A stretch of DNA of 17,793 nucleotides from assembly GCA_025457745.1 (NCBI GenBank), contig JALOTT010000121.1, positions 1-17,793 of the forward strand. The letters run 5' to 3'. Below are positions 7,094 through 14,309 of this stretch, in pieces. This DNA comes from Verrucomicrobiota bacterium (GTDB lineage: Bacteria; Verrucomicrobiota; Verrucomicrobiia; Limisphaerales; JADLHS01). The notes under the pieces were generated by a model. The model worked only from the letters and a program-made list of their open reading frames with translations, was not told the DNA's origin and did not search any database. The first letter of the stretch is position 1. Every line of letters begins with the position of its first letter. Both the position numbers and the translations under genes were made by a program.

Positions 7094-7438
7094 ATGAAAG
7101 AAATAAAAGCGTATATCAGGCTACTCTGTGCCAGCCAGGTTATCAAAGATCTAAAGGATGCTGGCGCCAAAGACCTGACCCTGATCCGGGTGGACGCAAT
7201 CCGCCCCGTGAATTATCAAGGGCAGGCGGTGGAAGCCGAGTCTGCTAACTATGTCACGCGCTACTCGACCGTCGCCAAACTGGAATTGGTTTGCCGGGAC
7301 GAGGAAGCGAAGCTCTTCGCCGAGATCATCCGGGCCCGCGCCCACACCGGCAAGAAGGGTGATGGAAGGGTATTCGTGAGCAACGTGGAAGAGGCAGTCA
7401 ATATTCGCACGGGAGAAACCGGCGATACGGCTCTTTGA
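7094..7438 (+). CDS. Divergent PII (GlnB/GlnK)-superfamily signal-transduction protein, stand-alone
   Basis: The N-terminus MKEIKAYIRL matches PII beta1. The B-loop HTGKKGDGRVFV and the C-terminal NIRTGETG match the PII signatures TGxxGDGKIFV / IRIRTGE. The T-loop region (RPVNYQGQAVEAESANYVTRY) is longer and unlike the canonical RGQKGxxELYRGAEY. The gene has noticeably lower GC than its neighbours. No amtB/glnA neighbour is present. Confidence 0.8.
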   Translation: MKEIKAYIRLLCASQVIKDLKDAGAKDLTLIRVDAIRPVNYQGQAVEAESANYVTRYSTVAKLELVCRDEEAKLFAEIIRARAHTGKKGDGRVFVSNVEEAVNIRTGETGDTAL

Positions 7439-7689
7439 ACGAACACAGTTACGACTTTTTTCCCATGATCAGGCCGCATCGGTCTTTACCTGATGGCTCT
7501 CAGCGTTTCCCGGAAGCGGCATCCGCCCTTGGCCGATAGCGTCACGGCCGGCGCAAAGGTAACTTGAAATCGTGCGGTTTCACCAAACCGGACGAAGCTG
7601 GTGGAAGTTGTCTTGAACGAGCGCAGCCGATGAGTGATTTACGACGCGCGTGGGAACGTGATGCTCGGCCCGAAAAACACAACCTGAAA

Positions 7690-8205
7690 ATGAAAACGAA
7701 AAAACAACCAGGAACTATGGTAAACCGCGGAGAAAGAAAACGGGGAGGTGCCAAAGCCGCAACGCTGAAACTGCGCCGGATTCTCGTGCCGCTGGACTTC
7801 TCCGGCAAATCACGCCAGGCACTCGATTTCGCCGTGCCCTTGGCGAAGCAATACGGCGGAAAAGTCTTCCTGCTTCACGTGGTCGAGCCGCCTTACGTTT
7901 ATCCCTATCACCCCGGCGAGATTGGGGTTGCGGCGGTGGACCCACGACCCATTGCCGAAGCTTCCAAGAAAAAACTCTCAGCCTTGGCCCGTGAACTCGT
8001 GCCGCCGGACGTGCTCGGCAAGACGATGGTGCGCACCGGTCGCGCGTACTTGGAAATCGTTGATGCCGCCGATGAACTGGGCGCGGACCTCATTGCGTTG
8101 AGCACGCACGGTCATACCGGTCTCAAACACGTCCTCCTTGGCAGCACCGCCGAACATGTTGTGCGGCACGCGCGCCGTCCGGTGCTCACGGTGCGCCGAC
8201 ATTGA
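7690..8205 (+). CDS. Universal stress protein (UspA family, ATP-binding UspFG type) with basic N-terminal leader
   Basis: It contains RILVPLDFSGKSRQALDFAVPLAKQYGGKVFLLHVVEP. The C-terminal ATP-binding motif is ALSTHGHTGLKHVLLGSTAEHVVRHARRPVLTV (G-x2-G-x9-G-S/T). Start at ATG 7690 (MKTKKQPG...) was chosen by analogy with the paralogs' MxxKTxxx leaders, ~28 aa before RILVP; ATG 7564/7630 are possible but less likely. Confidence 0.85.
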   Translation: MKTKKQPGTMVNRGERKRGGAKAATLKLRRILVPLDFSGKSRQALDFAVPLAKQYGGKVFLLHVVEPPYVYPYHPGEIGVAAVDPRPIAEASKKKLSALARELVPPDVLGKTMVRTGRAYLEIVDAADELGADLIALSTHGHTGLKHVLLGSTAEHVVRHARRPVLTVRRH

Positions 8206-8226
8206 CCCAAATCCCAGAGACAACTC

Positions 8227-8754
8227 ATGCGGATTAAAACGACAAAATCGCAAGTTCGGAGAAAAACCGCCCGCGTTCTGCCGCGGCAGCGAATCATTGT
8301 GCCGATTGACTTTTCAAAAAACTCGCTGCGCGCGCTGGATGTGGCCGTGTCGCTGGCCGGGCAATGCGGGGGGAAAATCAATTTACTGCACGTTGTCCAG
8401 CCGCCCGCCGCATCTACCTGGTACGCCGTCCCTGGGGGAAAACACTATCTCGGTCTGACCCTTCACAACCTCGCCGACGCCGCCCGGAAGCGGCTGACGG
8501 CGATGGCATCGGAACGCCTCCCACCGCAGTTGCAGGGACAAACTCTCGTGCGGCAGGGATCGGCTTACGAACAAATCATTTCTGCGGCGCGGCGGTTGGA
8601 TGTGACTTTGATTGTCATCAGCACGCATGGCCTTACCGGCCTCAAAAGGATGCTGATCGGCAGCACCGCTGAACGCGTTGTGCGCCACGCGCACTGCCCG
8701 GTGCTCACGGTGCCGTTGACGGAGATCCAGGAGAAAAATTATGCAAACGAATAA
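8227..8754 (+). CDS. Universal stress protein (UspA family), paralog 2
   Basis: It contains ARVLPRQRIIVPIDFSKNSLRALDVAVSLAGQCGGKINLLHVVQP and ISTHGLTGLKRMLIGSTAERVVRHAHCPVLTV. It starts 21 nt after the Usp1 stop. Confidence 0.9.
   Translation: MRIKTTKSQVRRKTARVLPRQRIIVPIDFSKNSLRALDVAVSLAGQCGGKINLLHVVQPPAASTWYAVPGGKHYLGLTLHNLADAARKRLTAMASERLPPQLQGQTLVRQGSAYEQIISAARRLDVTLIVISTHGLTGLKRMLIGSTAERVVRHAHCPVLTVPLTEIQEKNYANE
8268..8370 (+). repeat. Tandem-paralog nucleotide repeat (5' region of usp paralog 2; partner at 8781-8885 in paralog 3)
   Basis: ccgcccgcgttctgccgcggcagcgaatcattgtgccgattgacttttcaaaaaactcgctgcgcgcgctggatgtggccgtg... (paralog 2) versus ccgcccgcgttctgccttggcggcgaatcctcgtgccaactgatttttcaaaaacctcgctgcgcgcgtttgatgtggccgtg... 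(paralog 3). About 85% identity over ~105 nt. The 3' ends of paralogs 1 and 2 (~8100-8195 vs ~8620-8715) are similarly conserved. Confidence 0.75.
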
Positions 8755-9256
8755 AACCGCAAGGGGACTCCCGAACAAGCCCGCCCGCGTTCTGCCTTGG
8801 CGGCGAATCCTCGTGCCAACTGATTTTTCAAAAACCTCGCTGCGCGCGTTTGATGTGGCCGTGCCGTTGGCCCGCGACTGCGGAGCGCGACTGTGCCTCC
8901 TCTCCGTCATTGAACCCGCGGCGTATGCCACGGGTCTGGAAGGATTGGTGATCGCGGTGCCGGACACTATGCTGGTCAGGGACGCCAGGGCCGGGCTGCC
9001 CAGGCTTGCACGACGATTTGTTCCGTCGGCCATACCCGTTACTTGTTGGGTAAAGCGGGGAAAAGCGTTCGATGTCATCACCGAGGTTGCGCAGCAGAAG
9101 AACATTGACCTCATCGTGCTGGCCAGTCATGGCCGCACGGGTTTTGATCGCGTTCTGATGGGCAGCACGGCGGAACGAGTTGTGCGCCATGCCCGGTGTC
9201 CCGTCTTTGTCGTGCGGGCATCCCATCCAAATCACGGAAAACAACCAAAGGACTAA
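8741..9256 (+). CDS. Universal stress protein (UspA family), paralog 3
   Basis: It contains ARVLPWRRILVPTDFSKTSLRAFDVAVPLARDCGARLCLLSVIEP and ASHGRTGFDRVLMGSTAERVVRHARCPVFVV. It overlaps Usp2 by 14 nt. The 5' ~105 nt are ~85% identical to the corresponding part of Usp2. Confidence 0.9.
   Translation: MQTNKTARGLPNKPARVLPWRRILVPTDFSKTSLRAFDVAVPLARDCGARLCLLSVIEPAAYATGLEGLVIAVPDTMLVRDARAGLPRLARRFVPSAIPVTCWVKRGKAFDVITEVAQQKNIDLIVLASHGRTGFDRVLMGSTAERVVRHARCPVFVVRASHPNHGKQPKD
8781..8885 (+). repeat. Tandem-paralog nucleotide repeat (5' region of usp paralog 3; partner at 8268-8370)
   Basis: See 8268-8370. Confidence 0.75.
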
Positions 9257-9259
9257 ACC

Positions 9260-10261
9260 ATGGAAACCTATTTTGGAGTAATCGAGCAAGCCGGAGGCAG
9301 CCTCGCCCGCGAACGGGTGTTGGCTGACCTCAAGACGCTGATCCGTGATTCTGAAAACCTGCTCAAGGTCACGTCCGCTGACGTAAGCGACAAGGCTCAG
9401 GAAGCGCGCTCCCGCGCCACCGCCGCGCTTGAACGAGCGAAAGCCATCTACTCGGAATGGCAGGATCAGGCCGTCGCGACCGCGAAAGCCACCGCCAAAA
9501 AGACGGACATAATAATCCGCGAGCATCCGTATGAATCCATGGGCGTCGCCTTCGGTGTTGGGCTGCTGATTGGTGTGCTGGTCATACGGAGCGCCCGGAA
9601 TGGGCGGGAAGCCAAAGGGCCGGGCCTGATTCTGCTCATACCGATTGTGGACCGGATCGTGAAGGTGGACTTGCGCGTGGTCACCATTGACGTGGCCAGT
9701 CAGGAGATGATGACCCGCGACAACGTGCCGGTCACCGTGGATGCCGTGGTCTATTTTCGTGTGGTGGACCCGGAGGCCGCCATCGTCAAGATCGAGAATT
9801 TCTACAAGGCGACCTCGCTCATTGCCCAAACGACCTTGCGCAGTGTTATCGGGCAGGCGGAACTGGACGAGCTGCTTTCGCACCGCGAGAAAATCAACCA
9901 ACGTCTTCAGGAGATCATAGATCGCCAGACCGATCCGTGGGGCATCAAGGTGACCTCCGTCGAGGTCAAGGATGTGTCGTTGCCCGAAACGATGAAGCGC
10001 GCGATGGCCAAACAGGCCGAAGCCGAACGCGAACGCCGCGCGAAGATCGTCAATGCCGAAGGCGAATTTCAGGCCGCCGAGAAGATGGTGCAGGCCGCCG
10101 CGTTGATCAGCACCCAACCCATCGCTCTGCAATTGCGCTTCCTGCAAACCATGCGCGAGATTTCTGGCGAGCACAACACGACCACGTTCCTGCCGCTGCC
10201 CATTGATTTGTTCACTCCCTTTCTGAAGCGCGGCACCGATGGCAGCGCGAAAGGTGCGTAA
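9260..10261 (+). CDS. Chimeric DUF883 (ElaB/YqjD-like coiled-coil + tail anchor) :: SPFH/band-7 (stomatin-like) protein
   Basis: Residues 1-108 are paralogous to the 5631-5924 protein, including [23 protein letters not shown]. From ~aa 118 onward it is a classical prokaryotic stomatin: [94 protein letters not shown]...[53 protein letters not shown]...[13 protein letters not shown]. The usual first SPFH strand (IV.EYER.VVFRLGR) is absent and replaced by the linker [10 protein letters not shown]. Starts 3 nt after the Usp3 stop. Confidence 0.85.
   Translation: METYFGVIEQAGGSLARERVLADLKTLIRDSENLLKVTSADVSDKAQEARSRATAALERAKAIYSEWQDQAVATAKATAKKTDIIIREHPYESMGVAFGVGLLIGVLVIRSARNGREAKGPGLILLIPIVDRIVKVDLRVVTIDVASQEMMTRDNVPVTVDAVVYFRVVDPEAAIVKIENFYKATSLIAQTTLRSVIGQAELDELLSHREKINQRLQEIIDRQTDPWGIKVTSVEVKDVSLPETMKRAMAKQAEAERERRAKIVNAEGEFQAAEKMVQAAALISTQPIALQLRFLQTMREISGEHNTTTFLPLPIDLFTPFLKRGTDGSAKGA
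9523..9597 (+). repeat. Dispersed direct repeat, copy B (inside the DUF883::SPFH chimeric gene, immediately 5' of the fusion junction)
   Basis: See copy A (5838-5912). The repeat ends exactly where the homology with the free-standing DUF883 gene stops and stomatin-like sequence begins. Confidence 0.8.
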
Positions 10262-10926
10262 TGTCAGCAACCAAAAGAGACGCCATGAAAACCAGGAACA
10301 CCAAACGCAAACTTGCCGAAACGGCTGTGGGAATGGCAGTGGGCGGTGCCGTGGCTGGCCCCATTGGCGCCGTGGCCGGCGCTTTCGTGGCCGGCCATGT
10401 CGAAGAAGGGCTGGAACACGTCGCGAAACTCAAGCCACCGCAGGACTGGAACAAGCTTGCCGCGGATGATCCCCTGATTCATGTCTGGCCCAAGCGCATC
10501 CTCGTCCCGCTCGACTTTTCGCCGCCGTCACGGCGGGCCTTGCGCTTTGCCCGCCACTGGGCGGATTTCTTTGCCGCCAAGGTGTACCTGCTGCATGTCG
10601 TCGAGCCGACCACTGCAGTTGGCGAGTTCGGAACGGTGCCGCTGGGCGCGGTCCAGCGCGACATTTCGGGCAAGGCCAAAGCGGCCTTGGGTGAATTGGC
10701 GCGCACGGAGTTCCCAGATTCGATCCCGATCCGCATGGTCGTCCGAAAAGGAAAAGCGTACGACCAGATCGCCGCCACCGCGCGATCCATCCGCGCTGAT
10801 CTCATCATCATCGCAACGCACGGCCGTACCGGCCTGAAGCATGTGGTGCTCGGCAGCACCGCCGAGCGCGTCGCGCGCCATGCGCCGTGTCCGGTGTTGG
10901 TGTTGCGCCGCAGCGCAACTCGCTGA
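10261..10926 (+). CDS. Universal stress protein (UspA family), paralog 4, with N-terminal glycine-zipper hydrophobic segment
   Basis: The N-terminus has a basic patch followed by AVGMAVGGAVAGPIGAVAGAFVAG (repeated GxxxG/AxxxG). It then has KRILVPLDFSPPSRRALRFARHWADFFAAKVYLLHVVEP and IATHGRTGLKHVVLGSTAERVARHAPCPVLVL. ATG 10261 overlaps the upstream TAA by 1 nt (alternative ATG 10282). Confidence 0.85.
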   Translation: MSATKRDAMKTRNTKRKLAETAVGMAVGGAVAGPIGAVAGAFVAGHVEEGLEHVAKLKPPQDWNKLAADDPLIHVWPKRILVPLDFSPPSRRALRFARHWADFFAAKVYLLHVVEPTTAVGEFGTVPLGAVQRDISGKAKAALGELARTEFPDSIPIRMVVRKGKAYDQIAATARSIRADLIIIATHGRTGLKHVVLGSTAERVARHAPCPVLVLRRSATR

Positions 10927-10953
10927 AACGCTGAGGAGCTAACCAAGACAACC

Positions 10954-11424
10954 ATGAGTCAGGAATTCCAAAGTCCCAGCAAAACCGCGACAGAAACCCC
11001 GGCACCGCGGAAAACAAGACCCCGCCTCCGGTCATGGCTGCCAGTGATCGTCCTGCTCGCTGCTTTCTGCGCGGGCTTTGTTCCGATGTGGCTCAGGTCC
11101 AGCCGGCTGACGGGGGAATTGCACCGGACACAGCAGGAACTGCGACGGACGCAACTTCAGATCACGCTGGCCTGCGCGGCTCTGGACGCCCGGCGCGGCG
11201 ATTACGAAGCCGCCCGACAAGGTGCGGCCAACTTCTTCAGCCTGGTCACAGCGGAACTCGACCGCGGAATCGGATCGGCCTTGCCATTAAACGCACGAAC
11301 AGGGCTGCAGCCGCTCCTGGCGGAGCGTGACGACTTGATCACCCTGCTGGCTCGCGGCGATCCGGCGTCTGCCGAGCGGCTCGGCAACGCTTACGCCGAG
11401 TTTCGGAAGACCCTCGGCAAGTGA
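10954..11424 (+). CDS. Hypothetical single-pass membrane protein with coiled-coil region
   Basis: It has a basic N-terminus, one TM (SWLPVIVLLAAFCAGFVPMWL) and a helical/charged remainder (TGELHRTQQELRRTQLQITLACAALDARRGDYEAARQ). No family was recognised. It is in the strand orientation of the locus with a short 27-nt gap to the upstream gene. Confidence 0.5.
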   Translation: MSQEFQSPSKTATETPAPRKTRPRLRSWLPVIVLLAAFCAGFVPMWLRSSRLTGELHRTQQELRRTQLQITLACAALDARRGDYEAARQGAANFFSLVTAELDRGIGSALPLNARTGLQPLLAERDDLITLLARGDPASAERLGNAYAEFRKTLGK

Positions 11425-11463
11425 ACATCTCATGGTCAGCCAACGGCACTTCACATCACCTAG

Positions 11464-12855
11464 ATGAAAATCACACTCCACGGCGCGGCGGGTGAAGTCA
11501 CCGGCTCGGCCTATCTGTTGGAAACCGCCCGCGCGCGGGTGCTCGTGGATTTCGGCATGTTCCAAGGCGGAGGGAATACCGATGCGAAAAACGTTCTGCC
11601 CTTGGGACTCGATCCCAAGCGGCTCGATGCAGTGTTGCTGACCCACGCGCACCTCGACCACTGCGGGCGACTGCCGTTGCTGACCAAAGCCGGCTATCAA
11701 GGCGGCATTTACGCCACTGGTGCCACGCGTGACCTGGCCGGATTGATTCTGCGCGATTCAGCGAAAGTCCAGTCCTACGACGTTGAACGCAAGAATCGCA
11801 AGCGTGAGCGGGCCGGGAAGCCTCTGCTCGAACCGCTCTACAACGCCAACGAAGTTGACCAGACGATGTCACGCTTTCGGGATGTCGAGTTTGACCGGTC
11901 CTTCCAGGTCGGCGAGGGCATCACGGCGCGTTACACCATTGCCGGACACATGCTCGGCTCGGCCAGCATCAAACTCACCGTCCAGGAAAAAGGGAAAACG
12001 AGGATTGTCGTTTTCTCCGGCGACATCGGCCCAATGCATCTGGCGATCATCCGGGGCGCCGTGCCGTTCAAACATGCGGACCTCGTGTTCATGGAATCCA
12101 CCTACGGCGACCGGGACAACAAGCCGTTGAAAGAAACGCTCGCCGAGTTTCGCGGCATCATCCAGGACGCGGTGAAACGCCGGGCGCGCATTCTTGTCCC
12201 CGCGTTTGCGGTCGGGCGCACGCAGCAGATTCTGTATCATTTGGATGAACTGTTCTGCGCCAGCAAGCTCAAGCCGTTCCCGGTCTTTCTCGACAGCCCG
12301 ATGGCGATTGAAGCGACGAACATTTACCGCCGTCACCCGGACTTGTTCGACGACGAAGCCAAGGCGTGGCGTCGCGGCTGTGCCCTCACCCGAAAACAAG
12401 CGCATGTGAAACCCACGCCCACCGCGCAGGATTCCATGAAGCTCAACGACGTTTCCGGCCCGTGCCTCATCATGGCCGGTTCGGGCATGTGCACCGCCGG
12501 TCGCATCCTTCACCATTTCAAGCACGGCCTGTGGCAGCCCGACACCGTCGTGATGATCGTCGGCTATCAGGGCGAAGGCACGCTGGGTCGCCAACTCGTG
12601 GACGGCGCGAAATCCGTAAAAATCTTCGGCGAGAAAATCGCGGTCAAGGCGCACATCCACACGTTGAACGGCTTCAGTGCCCACGCCGGCCAGAGCGCAC
12701 TGATGAACTGGTTCGGCAGCCTCGCGCCGTCCAAACCCAAAGTGGTCCTCACTCACGGTGAAGCGCGCGGGCGCGAACCGCTGGCCGAACTCATCCGCAA
12801 GCGGCATGGACTCAAGCCGATTCTGCCAGCGCAGGGAGATGTCATCAAGCTGTGA
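11464..12855 (+). CDS. Beta-CASP family metallo-beta-lactamase-fold ribonuclease (RNA-metabolising MBL, CPSF73/RNase J-like)
   Basis: The N-terminus MKITLHGAAGEVTGSAYLLETARARVLVDFGMFQG and the motif-2 LLTHAHLDHCGRLP (HxHxDH) are present. Downstream D/H motifs (FSGDIG, FMESTYGD, HTLNGFSAHAG, VLTHGE) follow the beta-CASP order (motifs A, B, C). Length is 463 aa. Confidence 0.85.
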   Translation: MKITLHGAAGEVTGSAYLLETARARVLVDFGMFQGGGNTDAKNVLPLGLDPKRLDAVLLTHAHLDHCGRLPLLTKAGYQGGIYATGATRDLAGLILRDSAKVQSYDVERKNRKRERAGKPLLEPLYNANEVDQTMSRFRDVEFDRSFQVGEGITARYTIAGHMLGSASIKLTVQEKGKTRIVVFSGDIGPMHLAIIRGAVPFKHADLVFMESTYGDRDNKPLKETLAEFRGIIQDAVKRRARILVPAFAVGRTQQILYHLDELFCASKLKPFPVFLDSPMAIEATNIYRRHPDLFDDEAKAWRRGCALTRKQAHVKPTPTAQDSMKLNDVSGPCLIMAGSGMCTAGRILHHFKHGLWQPDTVVMIVGYQGEGTLGRQLVDGAKSVKIFGEKIAVKAHIHTLNGFSAHAGQSALMNWFGSLAPSKPKVVLTHGEARGREPLAELIRKRHGLKPILPAQGDVIKL

Positions 12856-14300
12856 AGCCAGGAATCCCATCCCGTTTTGCTTTCGACGTGGCCGTTGTCG
12901 GCGGCGGCAGTGCCGGTTTTGCCGCGGCGCGGACGGCGTCGGCCGCGGGGCTGCGCACCGTTGTGATCGAGGGCGGGCGCGAGTTGGGTGGTTTATGTAT
13001 TTTGCGCGGCTGCATGCCGAGCAAGGCGCTGCTCTGGGCGGCGGAAGTGCGCCACCTCGCGCAGCGCGCTGAGGTTTGGGGCATGAAGCCGAAGTCCATC
13101 CCCTTTCGATGGGAAAGAGTCATGGCGCGCAAAGAATCCATGATCCGCGATTTTGCCGCCTATCGCCAACGGCAACTCACCGGGAGCAAGTTCGCGCTCA
13201 TCCGCGCCCGCGCCACGTTTCAAAATCCCCACACCCTCGACCTCGGCAACGGGCGAACGCTGACGGCCCGGCATTTTGTTTTGGCCACCGGCTCGGTCGT
13301 TTCGCCTCCGCCGCTGCCTCAACTCCATAACGCGGGATTCATCACGAGCGACGAAGCAGTCACTCTGCGCCGATTGCCCAAATCACTCCTGGTGCTCGGC
13401 GGCGGCAGCGTGGCCGTGGAACTCGCCCAGCTCTTCGCGCGCTTCGACGTGGCGGTGACATTGATTCAGCGCAGCGACCACATCTTGCGCGGCTGCGATG
13501 CCGACGCCGCCGAGGCGCTCGAAACCGCGCTGCGCCGCGACGGCGTCCAGTTGTTCACCGGCACGAAACTGCTCGACGCGCGGCGGAAAGGACGGAAGAA
13601 AGTCGTGGAGTTTCAACACGCCGGAAAACGGAGGCGTGTCGCCGCTGAGGAAATCCTTCTCGCGCTGGGTCGTAGCCCCAACACGGCCTCGTTGAATCTG
13701 GATTTGGCCGGAGTGAAGACGGACGGCGGACGAATCGTGACCGATGAACAAATGCGCACGACAGCGCCGCACATCTACGCGGCGGGTGATTGCACCAGTC
13801 TGCACGAGGTGGTTCACGTGGCTATTCAGCAGGGAGAAACCGCGGCGCAAAACATCATCAACTCGCAGCAGCCGCGCGTCATGGATTGCCGGCTGCTGAC
13901 GCAGGTCGTGTTCACCGAACCGCAAATCGCCACCGTGGGCCTGACGGAAAAACAAGCCAAGGCCGCCGGCCAACGCGTCCTCGTTGCCCGCTATCCGTTC
14001 AACGACCACGGCAAATCCCTCATCATGGACGCGACGGATGGCTTCGTAAAACTGCTGGCGCATCCCGCCACAGGCGAAATCCTCGGCGGCGCGTGCGTTG
14101 GCCCGCTTGGCGGCGAACTCATCCACGAAATCGTGGCCGCGATGCACAGCCGCATGACCGTGCGCGAACTCGCCGTCATGCCGCACTACCATCCGACGTT
14201 GGCGGAAATCTGGACCTACCCTGCCGAGGAACTCGCGGAACAACTTCCTCACCGAAGAGTTTCATCGGCGAAAGCTGTTCGTCCCAATCCAAACCGGTAG
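12852..14300 (+). CDS. Class I FAD-dependent pyridine nucleotide-disulfide oxidoreductase (LpdA/MerA/glutathione-reductase family)
   Basis: The FAD dinucleotide fold FDVAVVGGGSAGFAAA is present. The redox-active disulfide is GGLCILRGCMPSK (CxxxxC; cf. GGTCLNVGCIPSK). The NAD(P) fold is LLVLGGGSVAVELAQLFARFDV. The C-terminal dimerisation/His-Glu pair is HYHPTLAEIW. It begins with GTG 12852, which overlaps the RNase stop (GTGA). No E1/E2 or mer genes are nearby, so the physiological substrate is unknown. Confidence 0.85.
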   Translation: MKPGIPSRFAFDVAVVGGGSAGFAAARTASAAGLRTVVIEGGRELGGLCILRGCMPSKALLWAAEVRHLAQRAEVWGMKPKSIPFRWERVMARKESMIRDFAAYRQRQLTGSKFALIRARATFQNPHTLDLGNGRTLTARHFVLATGSVVSPPPLPQLHNAGFITSDEAVTLRRLPKSLLVLGGGSVAVELAQLFARFDVAVTLIQRSDHILRGCDADAAEALETALRRDGVQLFTGTKLLDARRKGRKKVVEFQHAGKRRRVAAEEILLALGRSPNTASLNLDLAGVKTDGGRIVTDEQMRTTAPHIYAAGDCTSLHEVVHVAIQQGETAAQNIINSQQPRVMDCRLLTQVVFTEPQIATVGLTEKQAKAAGQRVLVARYPFNDHGKSLIMDATDGFVKLLAHPATGEILGGACVGPLGGELIHEIVAAMHSRMTVRELAVMPHYHPTLAEIWTYPAEELAEQLPHRRVSSAKAVRPNPNR

Positions 14301-14309
14301 AATCAAGTT

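Noticed and set aside
7455-7500. T-run (ctttttt) and ATCAGG-N15-CCTGAT inverted repeat after the PII-like gene, considered as intrinsic terminator / operator
   Set aside because: No stable GC-rich stem precedes the T-run, and the inverted repeat is only 6 bp with a long spacer. The evidence is too weak to annotate.
7564-7689. Longer start for Usp paralog 1 (ATG 7564 or 7630)
   Set aside because: Paralogs 2 to 4 all begin ~25-28 aa before the RILVP motif with an M-x-x-K-T-type basic leader, and ATG 7690 reproduces this. The upstream codons are AT-rich and look like leader DNA. This is not excluded, only less likely.
8828-10270. 480-aa minus-strand ORF spanning Usp3 and the DUF883::SPFH gene
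   Set aside because: Antisense to two well-supported + strand genes. The translation is Gly/Arg/His-rich and looks non-protein-like.
11869-12870. 333-aa minus-strand ORF antisense to the beta-CASP RNase
   Set aside because: Shadow ORF. The + strand carries the HxHxDH and beta-CASP motifs.
13383-14252. 289-aa minus-strand ORF antisense to the pyridine nucleotide-disulfide oxidoreductase
   Set aside because: Shadow ORF. The + strand has the FAD/NAD folds and the CxxxxC redox centre.
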